A stretch of 64,000 nucleotides of DNA from an uncultured Alphaproteobacteria bacterium (GCA_963827675.1 CAWHBP010000008.1:381088-445087), one strand, 5' to 3'. Counted from the stretch's first letter, positions 1-11,299 are shown. The notes: a model not told the origin generated them from the letters alone. Translations and numbers: made by a program.

Positions 1-356
1 GCTTGCGGCGGCCGGCCGCTCGCGACCGGCGCGCTGATCGAGCATCGCCTGGCCGACCGATCAGAAGGCCGAATGGAAGATCAGCTTCGAGCGCAAGGGC
101 GGCCCCGCCGAAGTCCGCGTCGCCGACGGGTCCGGCAAGGTCTCCCCGCCCGACGCCGCCGCAGCCCGAAACGCTCGCCCGCACGATGCGCCGCTGGCAC
201 GACGGCACCGGCATGGGGCTGGGCTGGCAGATCGTGATCTTCCTCGGCGGGATCATCCCGGCGCTGCTGTCGGTGACCGGCATCATCATCTGGTGGCGGG
301 CGCGCAAGCCGAGAGCGCGGGCGGCTACCAATCGCAGGCTTGCCGAAGCGAGCTAG
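1..356 (+). CDS. PepSY-associated TM helix domain protein, C-terminal fragment
   Basis: MRRWHDGTGMGLGWQIVIFLGGIIPALLSVTGIIIWW matches the typical LH-G...TG..W C-terminal end of PepSY_TM proteins; truncated by window edge and frameshifted. Confidence 0.75.
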   Translation, partial: LRRPAARDRRADRASPGRPIRRPNGRSASSARAAPPKSASPTGPARSPRPTPPQPETLARTMRRWHDGTGMGLGWQIVIFLGGIIPALLSVTGIIIWWRARKPRARAATNRRLAEAS

Positions 357-369
357 GCGGAAGGCACTT

Positions 370-3300
370 TCACTCTGCGGCGAGCAGCGTCTCGGCGCCG
401 CCGAGATCGACCGACACCAGACGGCTGACGCCTTTCTCGATCATCGTCACACCATAGAGGCGGTGCATCCGGCTCATGGTCACCGCATTGTGGGTCACGA
501 TCAGGTAGCGGGTGTCGGTCTCCTGCGTCATCCGTCGAGAAGGTCGCAGAATCGCTCGACATTGGCATCGTCGAGCGGAGCGTCGACCTCGTCGAGGACG
601 CAGATCGGCGCCGGGTTGGTCAGGAACAGAGCGAAGATAAGCGCCACTGCGGTCAGCGCCTGCTCGCCGCCGGACAGCAGGGTGAGCGTCGACAGTCTCT
701 TGCCCGGCGGCTGGGCCATGATCTCGAGCCCGCTTCCAGCGGATCGTCGCTCTCGACCAGCTCGAGATGGGCCTGGCCGCCGTCGAACAAGGTCGTGAAC
801 AGGCGACGGAAATGCGCGTCGACCTTCTCATACGCGTCGAGCAGCCGGACCCGGCCTTCGCGGTTCAGATTGCCGATCGAGCCGCGCAGGCGATGGATGG
901 CCTGGGTCAGCTCCTCGGCTTCTTCGGCGCCCTTGCTCCGCGATTCATCGAGCTCGGCCAGTTCCTGCTCGGCGACCAGGTTGACCGGGCCGATCCGTTC
1001 GCGATCGAGCGGTCAGGCGCTCGAGCGCCGCCGATTCGGCCTCCGCATCGCGCAGCTCCTCGCCGCTGAACCCCAGTTTCTCGGGGAGCCGCTGCGGCAC
1101 GCATTCGAATTTTTCGACGCAAGCATGCGCAAGCTCGGTGCTGCGAGCCTGCTGAGCTTCCGCGCGCGCAGAGGCCGCGGCGCGGCGCTCGCGCGCATCC
1201 GCGGATCGCTCGTTCGCGGCGGTGATCGCCGCCGCCACGCCGACGACGGCCAATTCCGCCTCGCGCTCGGCTGACGCCGCCTCTCCGACCTTGACCTGGC
1301 TTTCGCTGTTGGAACGTTCGAACCCGGCAATCTGGGCGTCTAGCTCCGCCGGCTCTTTTTGAAGCTCGGCGCGCTCCGCGGCCTGTTGCGCCTGTCGATC
1401 CTTCGCATCCGCGAGCCGCGTATCGGCGTCGGCCTGGCGCTTGCGCCAATCGCTCTGCTCGCGCGCGGCAGCGCTCAGGCGCTCGCGGTCCGCTGCGGTC
1501 TCCCGGGCTTTTGTTGCGGCTTCTGCACGCTTGTCGGCCACAGCCGATGCCGCTCCCGCCGCTGAGCCCCTCGCTGCTTCGACCTCATGCTCGAGCGCCG
1601 CCGGATCCGGCAAGGCGGCGAGGGACCGTTGCGCCGCGGCCACGGCTTGGCCAGCCGCTTCAAGCACGGGTTCGAGGTCGGCCTGCCGCTGCGCGAGGCC
1701 TGACCGTTGCGCTTCGATCCGTTCGATCGCCGCGGCAGCGGAATCACCGGCGCGCGTCGCGTCTCGCGAATCCCTTTCCGCGGCAAGCGCGGCATTGCGG
1801 GCATACTCGGCCGCGAAACGGCACTGCTCCATGTTGGAAAGCGCCGCATCGCGCGCCGAAGCGGCACCCGCGACGGCCGCTTCGAGGGCAGGAAGCTCGG
1901 AGGAGAGGGCAGCGAGGCGGTTCACGCGCAAAAGCCGTTCGGCCGCTGCGGCACCGCCAACCTCCGCAACAAATCCGTCCCACCGGCGCATGCGCCCGGA
2001 ACGAGTCACGAGGCGCTGGCCGATGGCTAAGCCCTGGCCCGCGTCTTCGTCCGCGACGGCGACCTGTCTTAGCCTGCGCAGAAGCTCCGCGGGCGCCTTC
2101 ACATGATCGGCGAGGCACTCGCAGCCGGCGGGCAGGGCGGGATCCGTGGCCAGCGCCGCGCTCCCCTGCCACCGGCGCGGGCTGTCGCCTTCACCGATGG
2201 CAGCATCCGCATCTTCGCCAAGCGCGGCCGCCAGTGCGCGCTCATATCCCGCCTCCGCCCTCAACGTGGCGATGGCCGTGCCGCCCCCTTGGTCGAGCGC
2301 GCGAGCGAGGGCGTCATGTTCGGACTTCGCCGCGGACAAGGCTGCACGTGCAGAAGCGAGCTGGCTCTCGGCGGCATCGCGACGCTCTGCCGCCTCGGCT
2401 CTGCCATGTTCGGACTGAACGCGCTGGGCTTCGGCTTCCGACAATGCTTTCGCGGCAGCCGCGGCCTTCACCTCGGCTTCCGCCTGAGCACGCTGGTACT
2501 CGCTTCCGTCCCCTAGTCCGCGAAGCTGCTCGGCAAGCTTGTCCCGCTCCTGGTGGGTGCGCGCAAGCTGTGCGCGGGCAGCCTCCAGAGCCGCTTCCGC
2601 CACGCGTCGCTCGGCACGCATCGCCGCTTGCCGGGCAAGCAGTTCTGCCAGCCCCGCTTCGGCTTCCCGTGACGAGGTTTCCGCGCTGCTGAATTCCGCC
2701 GCGATGCGCGCCGATCGACTCTCTGAATCCTCAAGTCTTTGCTCGATCGCGGCGCGCTCTTCCTCGAGCTGCGCGATCGCGCGCCCGGCATCGCTCTGCA
2801 GCGCCTCCTCGCGGGCCGTGTCTCCCGCGAGCGAAGCATCAAGCCGATCCAGCTCGGAGAGGCGCCGCGCGACCGTGTCCCGGCGCGCTCGAGCTGCGGC
2901 GAGCTGGTGCGCAAGTTCGTGTCCCTGTTCGCGAAGCTGCTCCAGCGCCCTGCGGCGCTCCGCCAGCGCCGCATTGGCGCGGTCCTGGGCCGCCTGCGCC
3001 TCCGCGATCGCCGCCTGGATCCCCGCGACGTCTTCGGCGGCCGCTTTGGCTTCCGCGTTCGCGGCCTCCGAAGCGCGCTCGGCCTCGACCCAACGTGCGT
3101 GAAGCAGCCGCGCTTCGACCGATCGGATTTCCGCGGTCAGCTTCCGATAGCGTTCCGCCGCGCGGGCTTGGCGCCGGAGTTGCGCCGCGCGCTGCTCCTG
3201 GTCGTTGAGGATTTCGCCGAGGCGGGCGAGATTGGCTTCCGTGGCGCGCAGCTTCTGCTCGGCGTCCTTCCTGCGGGCATGAAGGCCGGAAATGCCCGCG

Positions 3301-3788
3301 GCTTCCTCGAGGAGGAGCCGGCGCTCGACGGGTTTTGCGGCAATGACCGCGCCAATCTTCCCTTGGCTAACCAGCGCGGGGGAGTGCGCACCCGTCGCGG
3401 CATCGGCGAAGAGCAGGGAAACATCCTTGGCGCGTACGTCGCGGCCGTCGATCCGATAGGCTGATCCGGAACCGCGCTCGATGCGGCGCGTGACCTCGCT
3501 TTCGTTGCGTGCCCCGTCCTCGGCAATTGTGCGATCGAGTAGGATCGAGACCTCGGCGAAATCGCGCGGCGGGCGCGTAGCCGTGCCGGCGAAAATGACG
3601 TCGTCCATGCCCCCGCCACGCAGCGACTTGGGGCTCGATTCGCCCATTGCCCAGCGGATCGCCTCGAGCAGGTTGGACTTGCCGCAGCCGTTCGGTCCGA
3701 CGACCCCGGTAAGGCCGGACTCGATCCGAAGCTCAGCCGGCTCGACGAAGCTTTTGAAGCCGCTGAGCTTGAGCCGCCGGATCCTCAA
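370..3788 (-). CDS. smc: Chromosome segregation protein SMC (frameshifted near 3' end)
   Basis: Walker [10 protein letters not shown], long coiled coil, LSGGEQ signature and [10 protein letters not shown] Walker B/D-loop, VTH motif, spread over ORFs 945-3788, 528-719, 370-831. Confidence 0.95.
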
Positions 3789-3809
3789 ACTTCGCCCCCG
3801 CTTGCCAGC

Positions 3810-4574
3810 TTACCCGCCGAGTGCCTTGTCGAGCTCGGCCTTCAGCTGCGTCCACGCCGGCGAACCGACCTGGATCGGAAACAGCTTGCCGTTGACGATG
3901 AACGTAGGCGTGCCCTGGAACTCCGGATATTGCGTCGTCGCGTCGCCGGTCATCTGCACCAACTGGTCGATCGCCTTCTGGTCGGACAGGCACTGGGTCG
4001 TCTTTGCCTGCGGAACCCCGCGCGCCGCAGCCCATTCCTGGAACCCGGCAAGCTTCGCGACCTCGATGAACTGCTGGTTCGGCGGCATGCTCTGCAGCGC
4101 CTCGAGCTGGGCTTGCGGAGCGGCCTGCAGCTTTCCTACCCAGTTCGGCTGATCCTCGTAAAGCGCGCGCTCGAGCGGAAAGAAGCTCTTCGGACCGTTG
4201 CAGCGGGCGATCAGCGACGCGGCGAGATCGAACGGATCGCGGACGTAGTTGCGGAACTCGTATCCGACCTTCCCGGTCTTCACATATTGATCAATGAGCG
4301 GCTGCACGCCCTGTTCGTCGAACTCTCGGCAGTGCGAACAGGTCATCGATCCAAACTCGATCAGCTGAACCTTCGCCTGGGGATTGCCCATCAGGAAACC
4401 GCCGGCGGGCGTCTGATTGACCACCTGCGACCAGTCACCGTCCTTGGGCGCGGCGACGGGCCCGATCGAGCCGGTCGGCGCAGTGGCGTTGGTGGCAGCA
4501 TCACCCTGCTTGGAATTGCAGCCTGCAATCGCGACTAATGCCATCGCGCAGGTCAGGAACTTCGTCGGCTTCAT
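3810..4574 (-). CDS. DsbA-family thioredoxin-domain lipoprotein
   Basis: Lipobox IAGC, GNPQAKVQLIEFGSMTCSHC (CxxC), GTPTFIVNG; start taken at ATG 4574. Confidence 0.9.
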   Translation of the reverse strand: MKPTKFLTCAMALVAIAGCNSKQGDAATNATAPTGSIGPVAAPKDGDWSQVVNQTPAGGFLMGNPQAKVQLIEFGSMTCSHCREFDEQGVQPLIDQYVKTGKVGYEFRNYVRDPFDLAASLIARCNGPKSFFPLERALYEDQPNWVGKLQAAPQAQLEALQSMPPNQQFIEVAKLAGFQEWAAARGVPQAKTTQCLSDQKAIDQLVQMTGDATTQYPEFQGTPTFIVNGKLFPIQVGSPAWTQLKAELDKALGG

Positions 4575-4579
4575 CGGAT

Positions 4580-5126
4580 TCACTTGGCTCCCTTGATCAC
4601 CGGTATCGGCATCTCGCCCTTGCCGGACAGCAAGGGCGGGCCGCTCGTAGCGGCAATTTGAGCCCCAAGCAACTCCAAGCACGCACGGAGCTCGGGATCG
4701 GCAATCTCGCGCAGACCCTCGCCCAATTCCTTGGGCACGGGCGCAAGTTGCGGCCGCGCCGGCCGGGCGGCGGGGGCGGGCGGCTTGCCCTGACGGAAGA
4801 TGACCCGGTTCACCGCGACATATCCGTAGAAGCGATTCACCCGCTCCATGATCATCGGCGCCAAGTGCTGGATCAGCGGCGCATGGGCGCCTTCGACCAG
4901 CAAGGTCAGCGCGCCACCCGCCTTCTTGCCGGCCGGAAACTTGATCAATTCGGGCGATGAGACCTTGGCGTAGCGTTCGCCCACGATCTCGGCCCAGCGG
5001 CTGACGATCGAACTCTGCACGAAGCCGAAGCGGCGGAACGACTGCCCGCCGACGTCGCCGACGAGCTCGCCGGCCGCGCGCGGGCGGCAGCTGCGTTTCG
5101 AATTCTTCCGGCTTTCGCTTCGACAT
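4580..5126 (-). CDS. DUF721/DciA-family protein (frameshift near 5' end)
   Basis: FRRFGFVQSSIVSRWAEIVG...IMERVNRFYGY motif; usual mutY-DUF721-dsbA-smc neighbourhood. Confidence 0.85.
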
Positions 5127-5150
5127 GCGCTTTCAGCATGGCATAGCAAA

Positions 5151-6158
5151 ATGGTGACCGCCAACGCCGCAGCGCTGCTGCTCCAACATTATGTGGATAA
5201 CTTCAGGCGCTTACCCTGGCGTGCGGCGCCGGGCGAGCCGGGCCCCGATCCTTATCGCGTGTGGCTGAGCGAAATCATGCTGCAGCAAACCACCGTCGCT
5301 GCGGTGAAGCCGCGATTCGAGCGCTTCCTCGAACGTTGGCCGACCGTGCAGGCGCTCGCCAGAGCGCCGGATGAGGCGGTGCTCAATGAGTGGGCCGGCC
5401 TCGGCTACTACGCGCGTGCGCGAAATCTCATCGCCTGCGCCCGCGAAGTTGTCAGCCACGGGGGCTTCCCGCAGACATCCGCGGAGTTGCGCACCCTGCC
5501 GGGCATCGGCGCCTACACTTCTGCCGCTATAGCTGCGATCGCATTCGCGGAGCCCGCGGCAGCGGTGGACACGAATGTTCGCCGTGTCGTCTCGCGCCAC
5601 GCTGGACTGGTCGACCCGAGCCCCGCCGAGATCGAGAAGCTCGTCCTGGAGATGATTCCGCTGGGTCGTGCCGGCGATCTCACCCAAGCCATGATGGATC
5701 TCGGTGCGACCATCTGCCGGCCCAAGGCGCCTCGATGCGGGACCTGCCCACTTCGGCGGGAATGCGCCGCATACGCAAGCGGCGATCCGGAAGCCTTCCC
5801 CGCACCGAGGCAGAAGCGCGCGCGTCCGCACCGTCACGGCATCGCTTATTGGACTGAGAGCAACGGGCAGGTCTGGCTCGTCCGTCGGCCCGCCAAGGGC
5901 ATGCTCGGCGGAATGGCCGCACTTCCTGGCCCCGATTGGACGGACGAGAGCGCGAAGAGGCCAAACGGCATCTGCACCGTGCGCCACATATTCACGCATT
6001 TCTCGCTCGACCTGCAGATCGTCCCAGCAGCCGAGCCATTCGGAGAGGGTTGGTGGCATCCGGTGAGCGAGCTTGCGCACGCAGGCCTGCCGACGCTGTA
6101 CCGCCGTGCGTGCGAGCTCGCGCTTGCGAAGTTTGATGGCGTCCCGGCAGCGGCTTGA
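5151..6158 (+). CDS. mutY: A/G-specific adenine glycosylase
   Basis: PYRVWLSEIMLQQT, WAGLGYYARARN, HhH LPGIGAYT, CRPKAPRCGTCPLRREC Fe-S motif. Confidence 0.97.
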   Translation: MVTANAAALLLQHYVDNFRRLPWRAAPGEPGPDPYRVWLSEIMLQQTTVAAVKPRFERFLERWPTVQALARAPDEAVLNEWAGLGYYARARNLIACAREVVSHGGFPQTSAELRTLPGIGAYTSAAIAAIAFAEPAAAVDTNVRRVVSRHAGLVDPSPAEIEKLVLEMIPLGRAGDLTQAMMDLGATICRPKAPRCGTCPLRRECAAYASGDPEAFPAPRQKRARPHRHGIAYWTESNGQVWLVRRPAKGMLGGMAALPGPDWTDESAKRPNGICTVRHIFTHFSLDLQIVPAAEPFGEGWWHPVSELAHAGLPTLYRRACELALAKFDGVPAAA

Positions 6159-6232
6159 AGCGGCGCAAAGTCACCCCTAAGAGACCGCGCAAATTCATTC
6201 GCCCGCGTCCGCGGGAAAAGCAGGGATAATCC

Positions 6233-6874
6233 ATGGACGATCGCTTCAACACCATCGCCGGCTGGGTGCTGTTCGCAGGTATCGTGGCGCTCGGCTCGTC
6301 GATCGTCGCCAGCGAGGTCTTCCACAGCGGCCGCCCAGAAAAGATGGGTTTTCCCATCGCCGGCGTCGAGCAGGAAGGCGAAGGCGGTGCGGAAGCTGAG
6401 AAGCCGATCGAATTCTATCTCGCCAGCGCCGATCTGGTGAAGGGTGAGGCGGTGTTCAACAAGTGCACGGCCTGCCACACCATCGCGCAGGGCGGCCCCA
6501 ACCAGCTCGGCCCTAACCTGTGGGGCGTGCTCGGTGAGCCGGTCGGCAAAGGAAAGGGCTTCGCCTTTTCGCCGGCGTTGTCCGGCAAAGGCGGCAATTG
6601 GGATTGGCACAGCCTCAGCGAGTGGCTGAAGAACCCGAAGGCGTTCGCGCCGGGAACGAAGATGACCTTTGCCGGCATGAGCAATCCCCAGGATCGCGCC
6701 AACGTCATCGCCTTCCTCAACGCCCGTAGCGGTGCGCCGAAGCCGCTTCCGGCGGCTCCCGCGACGGCTCCGGCCGCAGCTGCTGCCGAGGGCGCGAAGC
6801 CGGCCGACGCGGCTGCCAAGCCCGGTTCCGGTCCGGACAATGGTCCGCAAAAAGCGGAGAAGGAACCCGCCTGA
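6233..6874 (+). CDS. Membrane-anchored cytochrome c (c2/CycM-like)
   Basis: N-terminal TM, CTACH heme motif, GPNLWGV, PGTKMTFAG; tail may be frameshifted and extend to about 6944. Confidence 0.93.
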   Translation: MDDRFNTIAGWVLFAGIVALGSSIVASEVFHSGRPEKMGFPIAGVEQEGEGGAEAEKPIEFYLASADLVKGEAVFNKCTACHTIAQGGPNQLGPNLWGVLGEPVGKGKGFAFSPALSGKGGNWDWHSLSEWLKNPKAFAPGTKMTFAGMSNPQDRANVIAFLNARSGAPKPLPAAPATAPAAAAAEGAKPADAAAKPGSGPDNGPQKAEKEPA

Positions 6875-6954
6875 ACGCCAGCCTTGCTGGCAAGAGGCCG
6901 CAGACTTCCGGCAGCGACGGCTCGGGGCTCGCTAAGACGAACTAAGCCTCTGGC

Positions 6955-7857
6955 TTACTCTGGCGGCCCGGATTGGACGGGCCGCGGGGCCGGATCTTCT
7001 CGATAATATTCGGTGACGTAATTCCAGGCTTCCTGCGCGTCCTCGGTCCAGTGGATCAGGTCGAGGTCGTGCGGCGCGATCACGCCCTCCTCGACCATCG
7101 CCTCGAAATTGATGACACGATTCCAGTAATCCTTGCCGAACAGCAGGATCGGTAGCGGACGCACCTTGCCGGTCTGGATCAGGGTCAGCAGCTCGAACAT
7201 CTCGTCGAACGTGCCGTATCCGCCGGGGAAGACCGCCACGGCCCGCGCCCGCAGCAGGAAGTGCATCTTGCGCAATGCGAAATAGTGGAACTGGAAGCTG
7301 AGCGACGGGGTCACGTAGCGGTTCGGCAGTTGCTCGTGCGGAAGGACGATATTGAGGCCGATCAATTCCTGGCCCTCTTCGGTCGCGCCGCGGTTCGCCG
7401 CTTCCATGATCGACGGCCCGCCGCCCGAGCAGACGACGAAGTGGCGCTTGCCCTCCTCGTCGGTGTCGCAGCGGCTGGCGAGCTTGGCGAGCTCACGCGC
7501 GATCTCGTAATATTTCGATTTGGCCTTCAGCCGCTCGGCGATCTTCTCCTGTTCCGGATTGGTTGCGGCCGCGATCAACGCATCCGCCATTTCCGGCGCC
7601 GGGATCCTGGCCGATCCGTAGAATACGAACGTCGAGGCGATATCGGCCTCGTTGAGCAGCAGCTCGGGCTTGAGCAACTCGAGCTGGAAGCGGACCGGAC
7701 GCAGATCCTCGCGCAGCAGGAAGTCATCGTCCTGGAAGGCGAGCTTGTACGCCTCGCTCTCGGTCTGCGGGATCGACGGGACATGCTCGGCGGCGCGAGC
7801 ATCGACCTTGGACGACGGGAAAATACGCTTGGGCGGAACAGCTTGGCTAGTCATCAC
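6955..7857 (-). CDS. LOG-family (lysine decarboxylase-like) Rossmann fold protein
   Basis: FYGSAR, SGGGPSIMEAANRGA, FPGGYGTFDE motifs. Confidence 0.92.
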   Translation of the reverse strand: MMTSQAVPPKRIFPSSKVDARAAEHVPSIPQTESEAYKLAFQDDDFLLREDLRPVRFQLELLKPELLLNEADIASTFVFYGSARIPAPEMADALIAAATNPEQEKIAERLKAKSKYYEIARELAKLASRCDTDEEGKRHFVVCSGGGPSIMEAANRGATEEGQELIGLNIVLPHEQLPNRYVTPSLSFQFHYFALRKMHFLLRARAVAVFPGGYGTFDEMFELLTLIQTGKVRPLPILLFGKDYWNRVINFEAMVEEGVIAPHDLDLIHWTEDAQEAWNYVTEYYREDPAPRPVQSGPPE

Positions 7858-7885
7858 CGCCGACTAGCGGCAAACTTTCGCAGCG

Positions 7886-9298
7886 TCACGTGTCCGCCGC
7901 CCTTCGCGCTCCCCAGTCGATTCTCCGTGTCGCATACATCACGCCGGCGAGCGCCGCGAAGAGCAGCAGCGAGCCGATCAGCAGCGAGAAGGCCTCCAGG
8001 CTGAGCAGGATGTACAACACCGCATAAAGGCCGATCAGCAGCGCGCCGATGAATGCGGCCCGTCGCCAGCTTCCCAGCACTGCCGCGGAATAGGCGGTGT
8101 TCAGCCCGGCGCTGGCAGCCGAGGCGACGATGTAGGCCGGCGTGAAACCGATCACTTCCGCGAACGCGAGCAGCAGCACGAAGAACAGCACCAGTGCGGC
8201 GCCCATCAGCAGATATTCGACCGCCGAGACGCGCACGCCGCCGATTACGTCGAACATCAGCAGCGCGAGGAAGGTGAAGCCGATGAACAGGAAGCCGTAT
8301 TTGGTTGCGCGGTTGACCTGCGAATAGAGATCGACCGGCTGGATGAGGCTGATCTGCGCCGTCTGCACCGGCGCGGCATCGGCAGCCGGAGCAGCCGTCG
8401 TGTAGCTCGTCCGCGACGGCGGCGGCACACGCTCGATAAGGTTCGCGCTCCCGGCATCGCTCGTGCTGACTAGCGACCGCCCGAGCGCAAGGTTGCCGAT
8501 GCGGTAGGTAGCGCTGAAGCCGCCGCTTCCGACTTGCCGCCCGGCCGGCAGGAAGTCGCCGCCGAAGCTCGGGCTCGGCCAGGACGAGCGCACGGTCCAG
8601 CGCGTGTCGCCGGCCTGGGGCGCAAGGCTGAGCGCCTCATTGCCACGGAAGTCGAAGGCGAAGTCGACGGCAAGCGGCTTGGCCGCCAGGCCCGCCGCAT
8701 CGAGCCAGGCGAAGAAGCCCCGCCCGCCGTTGCTGCCGCCGCCCGGCTGCAGCCGAAGCGACTGGCCGTCGGCACGGACCTGCGGATTGGCGCCGAGCCC
8801 GCGCGGATCGCTGAGGCCGAAGCGCAACTCCGCGCGGGACAGGTCCATCTGCGCGGGGTTCACGCCCGTCCGCGCAAGATCCGGCGGAAAGGCGAAGCGC
8901 GCCTTGCCGGACATTCGCGCGTCATAGACGACCGCCTCGTAGATCGAGCGCTTGCGCACCTGCGGGCGAACGTCGGTGCGGATCTCGATCGCCTCGGGCG
9001 CAAGGCTGAGCTCGCGCATCACGTCCCGGCTTCGCGTGACGCTGCGGCCGCTTTCGACGACGGTTTCGGTCGCGGTCGCGCGATAGGGAATGACCAGCAC
9101 GGGTCCGGCGATCGCCTGCGCGCCGCCCCAACCGGCCGTGATGGAGGCCGTCGCCTCGTTCGATTGCGTCTGGCGATCGTAGACCAGCAGCCAGACCGAG
9201 AAGAGGGGGATGGTGAGGATCAACCCGACGGCAATCGCCAGCGCCAGCTTGAACCCCGGTGTGCGTTCGCCATCCAACCTGATCACGCTCTTCTCCAC
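7886..9298 (-). CDS. creD: Cell envelope integrity inner membrane protein CreD
   Basis: RKRSIYEAVVY, WPSPSFGGDFLP, PVDLYSQVNRATKYGFLFI and C-terminal TM bundle ending TRRIDW. Confidence 0.93.
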   Translation of the reverse strand: MEKSVIRLDGERTPGFKLALAIAVGLILTIPLFSVWLLVYDRQTQSNEATASITAGWGGAQAIAGPVLVIPYRATATETVVESGRSVTRSRDVMRELSLAPEAIEIRTDVRPQVRKRSIYEAVVYDARMSGKARFAFPPDLARTGVNPAQMDLSRAELRFGLSDPRGLGANPQVRADGQSLRLQPGGGSNGGRGFFAWLDAAGLAAKPLAVDFAFDFRGNEALSLAPQAGDTRWTVRSSWPSPSFGGDFLPAGRQVGSGGFSATYRIGNLALGRSLVSTSDAGSANLIERVPPPSRTSYTTAAPAADAAPVQTAQISLIQPVDLYSQVNRATKYGFLFIGFTFLALLMFDVIGGVRVSAVEYLLMGAALVLFFVLLLAFAEVIGFTPAYIVASAASAGLNTAYSAAVLGSWRRAAFIGALLIGLYAVLYILLSLEAFSLLIGSLLLFAALAGVMYATRRIDWGARRAADT

Positions 9299-9383
9299 GT
9301 CCGTTTGCGCGCCCAGACTGCGTCAGAGGGCCGTGAAAGTCATGAGGAAGTCCTGAGCAACCGGTGAAGATTCAAAGCGCGAT

Positions 9384-9417
9384 CTAATGTCTGCTTTCGA
9401 CCCCAAGCGGACATTAG
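9384..9417 (+). repeat. 34-bp palindromic site A (13-8-13)
   Basis: CTAATGTCTGCTT-TCGACCCC-AAGCGGACATTAG; arms inverted with one mismatch. Confidence 0.9.
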
Positions 9418-9426
9418 CCGGCGTGA

Positions 9427-11190
9427 TTATTGAAGGCCAAGTCGTTGGCGTGCATTCGCCAAGCCCCGACGAAATCGTACGTTGTGACGGATGGGATCAA
9501 AATCAGGATCGGCTTCGAGATGTTTGATGTGCGCGGCGCTGGTCACCAGTTCGAAGAAGGGCTCGAGAACGTCTATCGCGCCTTCGCCGTCGTCGAGCTC
9601 TGCGCTGAGCGTGCAGGCCAGATTGTAACGCATAGAGAGATTATCGGGATCGAGAAGCAGGCCCTTCTTAATCCAATCCCTCGCCCGCTCATCTTCTCCG
9701 AGAATGGCTAATGCCCCAACTCCTGCGGCGAGGGCGTGGCTATTACTCGGATCCTTCGCAACTGCGCTTTCCGAGCGCGCCAGTGTCGTTCTCGCGGTCG
9801 CTTCCGTCTCAGCAGTATTGCCAATCGAACGGTAGCAGCAAGACAGGACGGAGGGACTGTTGTGGTCCGTATTCATCAGCTCCGTCGCTCGCTTGTAGAA
9901 TGGGATCGCCTCGGCCACGCGCCCTTGTCTGAACATCAGCCTCGCTGCTTCTCGGTTCGCTTCCCAGGAGTCGGGGTTCAACTGCAATGCAATCTCGATC
10001 GCTTGGTTGGCTTCTTCCAGCTGGCCAGCGTCTTCGAGATAATGTGCCCTAACGCAGTGCGGTTCGGGCAGATCTGATCTAATGGAGAGCGCGCGGTCGG
10101 CGGAAAGAAGCGCGTCTGCGTCCCTGCCGTGCCAAAATCGTAGCTCAGATTGCGCTAGCGCCATCAATGCCCAAGCTTGAGCGTATTGCAAGTCGAGCAA
10201 AATCGCTTGCTCACAGATTCGGACTATTGCCTCACTGCGAGCCTCAGAGAACGTACCTCCAATCCACCGCTGCCTCGCCATCAGGTACAGATTATAGGCA
10301 TCAACATTGGACGTGCCCCGGTCTGCGATTGCGATGCTCTCTTCCGGAAGTAGCTTGAGCTTGAGAGCGCCCACGATCGATTTCGAAATCTCGTCCTGAA
10401 TGTCGAAAATGTCGGTGAACTCGCGATCATATCGCTCCGCCCACACGTGATGGCCTGCTCCGCCGTCGATCAGCTGGGCCGTGATACGAAGACGACTTCC
10501 TGCCTTCCGGATGCTTCCCTCCAGCACGTGACTGGCACCCACCACGACTGCAACTTTCTTCACGTCCATCGCTCTTCCTTTGAAGGTGAAGGCCGTGTTG
10601 CGTGAAATGACGTTCAACGAAGAAACTTTGGATAGATCGGTCGTGATGTCTTCAGTGATCCCATCACTGAAGTATTCTTGTTCCGGGTCGCCGCTCATGT
10701 TGATGAACGGCAAGACACAGACGCACACTTCCGTAAGCGCCTGTCTGGCAGTCTGAGCTTCAAGGTTGCTTTCGTCCTTCTTCCAGCCGGTCGCCTTTCC
10801 GATGGCGTCTAGTAATTCCTGCAACTCGGGCAGCTCGTGCTGACCGTCCCAGCTGCCCAAGTCGATCGACTGAAACTGCCGGAATCCAAGCGGCGCTCGG
10901 GTATTAGCCAAGGTCACCGGAATAAGACGGCCGGAGTCGCGCCCCTCAGCTGCTTCATCTTGGACCCAGGCCGATTGGATGGAGGTCTCTGACCATAGAA
11001 CAACGACTGCCTCGGCATTTTTCAACGCACGCTCGATTTCGACGGCGAACCGTGAGCCACCGTGGACGTTCCGATCCCACCACACGTCGTGACCGGCCAG
11101 GCCCATTGCATCGGCCAACCCCTTTGCAAAGGGAGCGTCGTCCCGCGAATAGCTAAGGAAGATCTGTGCCACGCCGGTCCACAGCGACAC
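9427..11190 (-). CDS. TIR domain + TolB-like (adenylate-cyclase-associated) + TPR protein
   Basis: IFLSYSRDD...VWWD...SAWVQDEA TIR; VLPFINMSGDPEQEYFSDGITEDI TolB-like motif; TPR-like helices; start may be GTG 11172. Confidence 0.9.
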   Translation of the reverse strand: MSLWTGVAQIFLSYSRDDAPFAKGLADAMGLAGHDVWWDRNVHGGSRFAVEIERALKNAEAVVVLWSETSIQSAWVQDEAAEGRDSGRLIPVTLANTRAPLGFRQFQSIDLGSWDGQHELPELQELLDAIGKATGWKKDESNLEAQTARQALTEVCVCVLPFINMSGDPEQEYFSDGITEDITTDLSKVSSLNVISRNTAFTFKGRAMDVKKVAVVVGASHVLEGSIRKAGSRLRITAQLIDGGAGHHVWAERYDREFTDIFDIQDEISKSIVGALKLKLLPEESIAIADRGTSNVDAYNLYLMARQRWIGGTFSEARSEAIVRICEQAILLDLQYAQAWALMALAQSELRFWHGRDADALLSADRALSIRSDLPEPHCVRAHYLEDAGQLEEANQAIEIALQLNPDSWEANREAARLMFRQGRVAEAIPFYKRATELMNTDHNSPSVLSCCYRSIGNTAETEATARTTLARSESAVAKDPSNSHALAAGVGALAILGEDERARDWIKKGLLLDPDNLSMRYNLACTLSAELDDGEGAIDVLEPFFELVTSAAHIKHLEADPDFDPIRHNVRFRRGLANARQRLGLQ

Positions 11191-11265
11191 TTTTGCTCTG
11201 AAGGCTTCGTCCCTTCAAGGTTGCAGGGTGTCTATGATGGCTTCCTAACCAAACTCACCATCAGG

Positions 11266-11299
11266 GCAGTGTCTGTTTTCGACCCATTGCTGCCATTAG
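11266..11299 (+). repeat. 34-bp site B (hybrid arms)
   Basis: GCAGTGTCTGTTT-TCGACCCA-TTGCTGCCATTAG. Confidence 0.8.
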
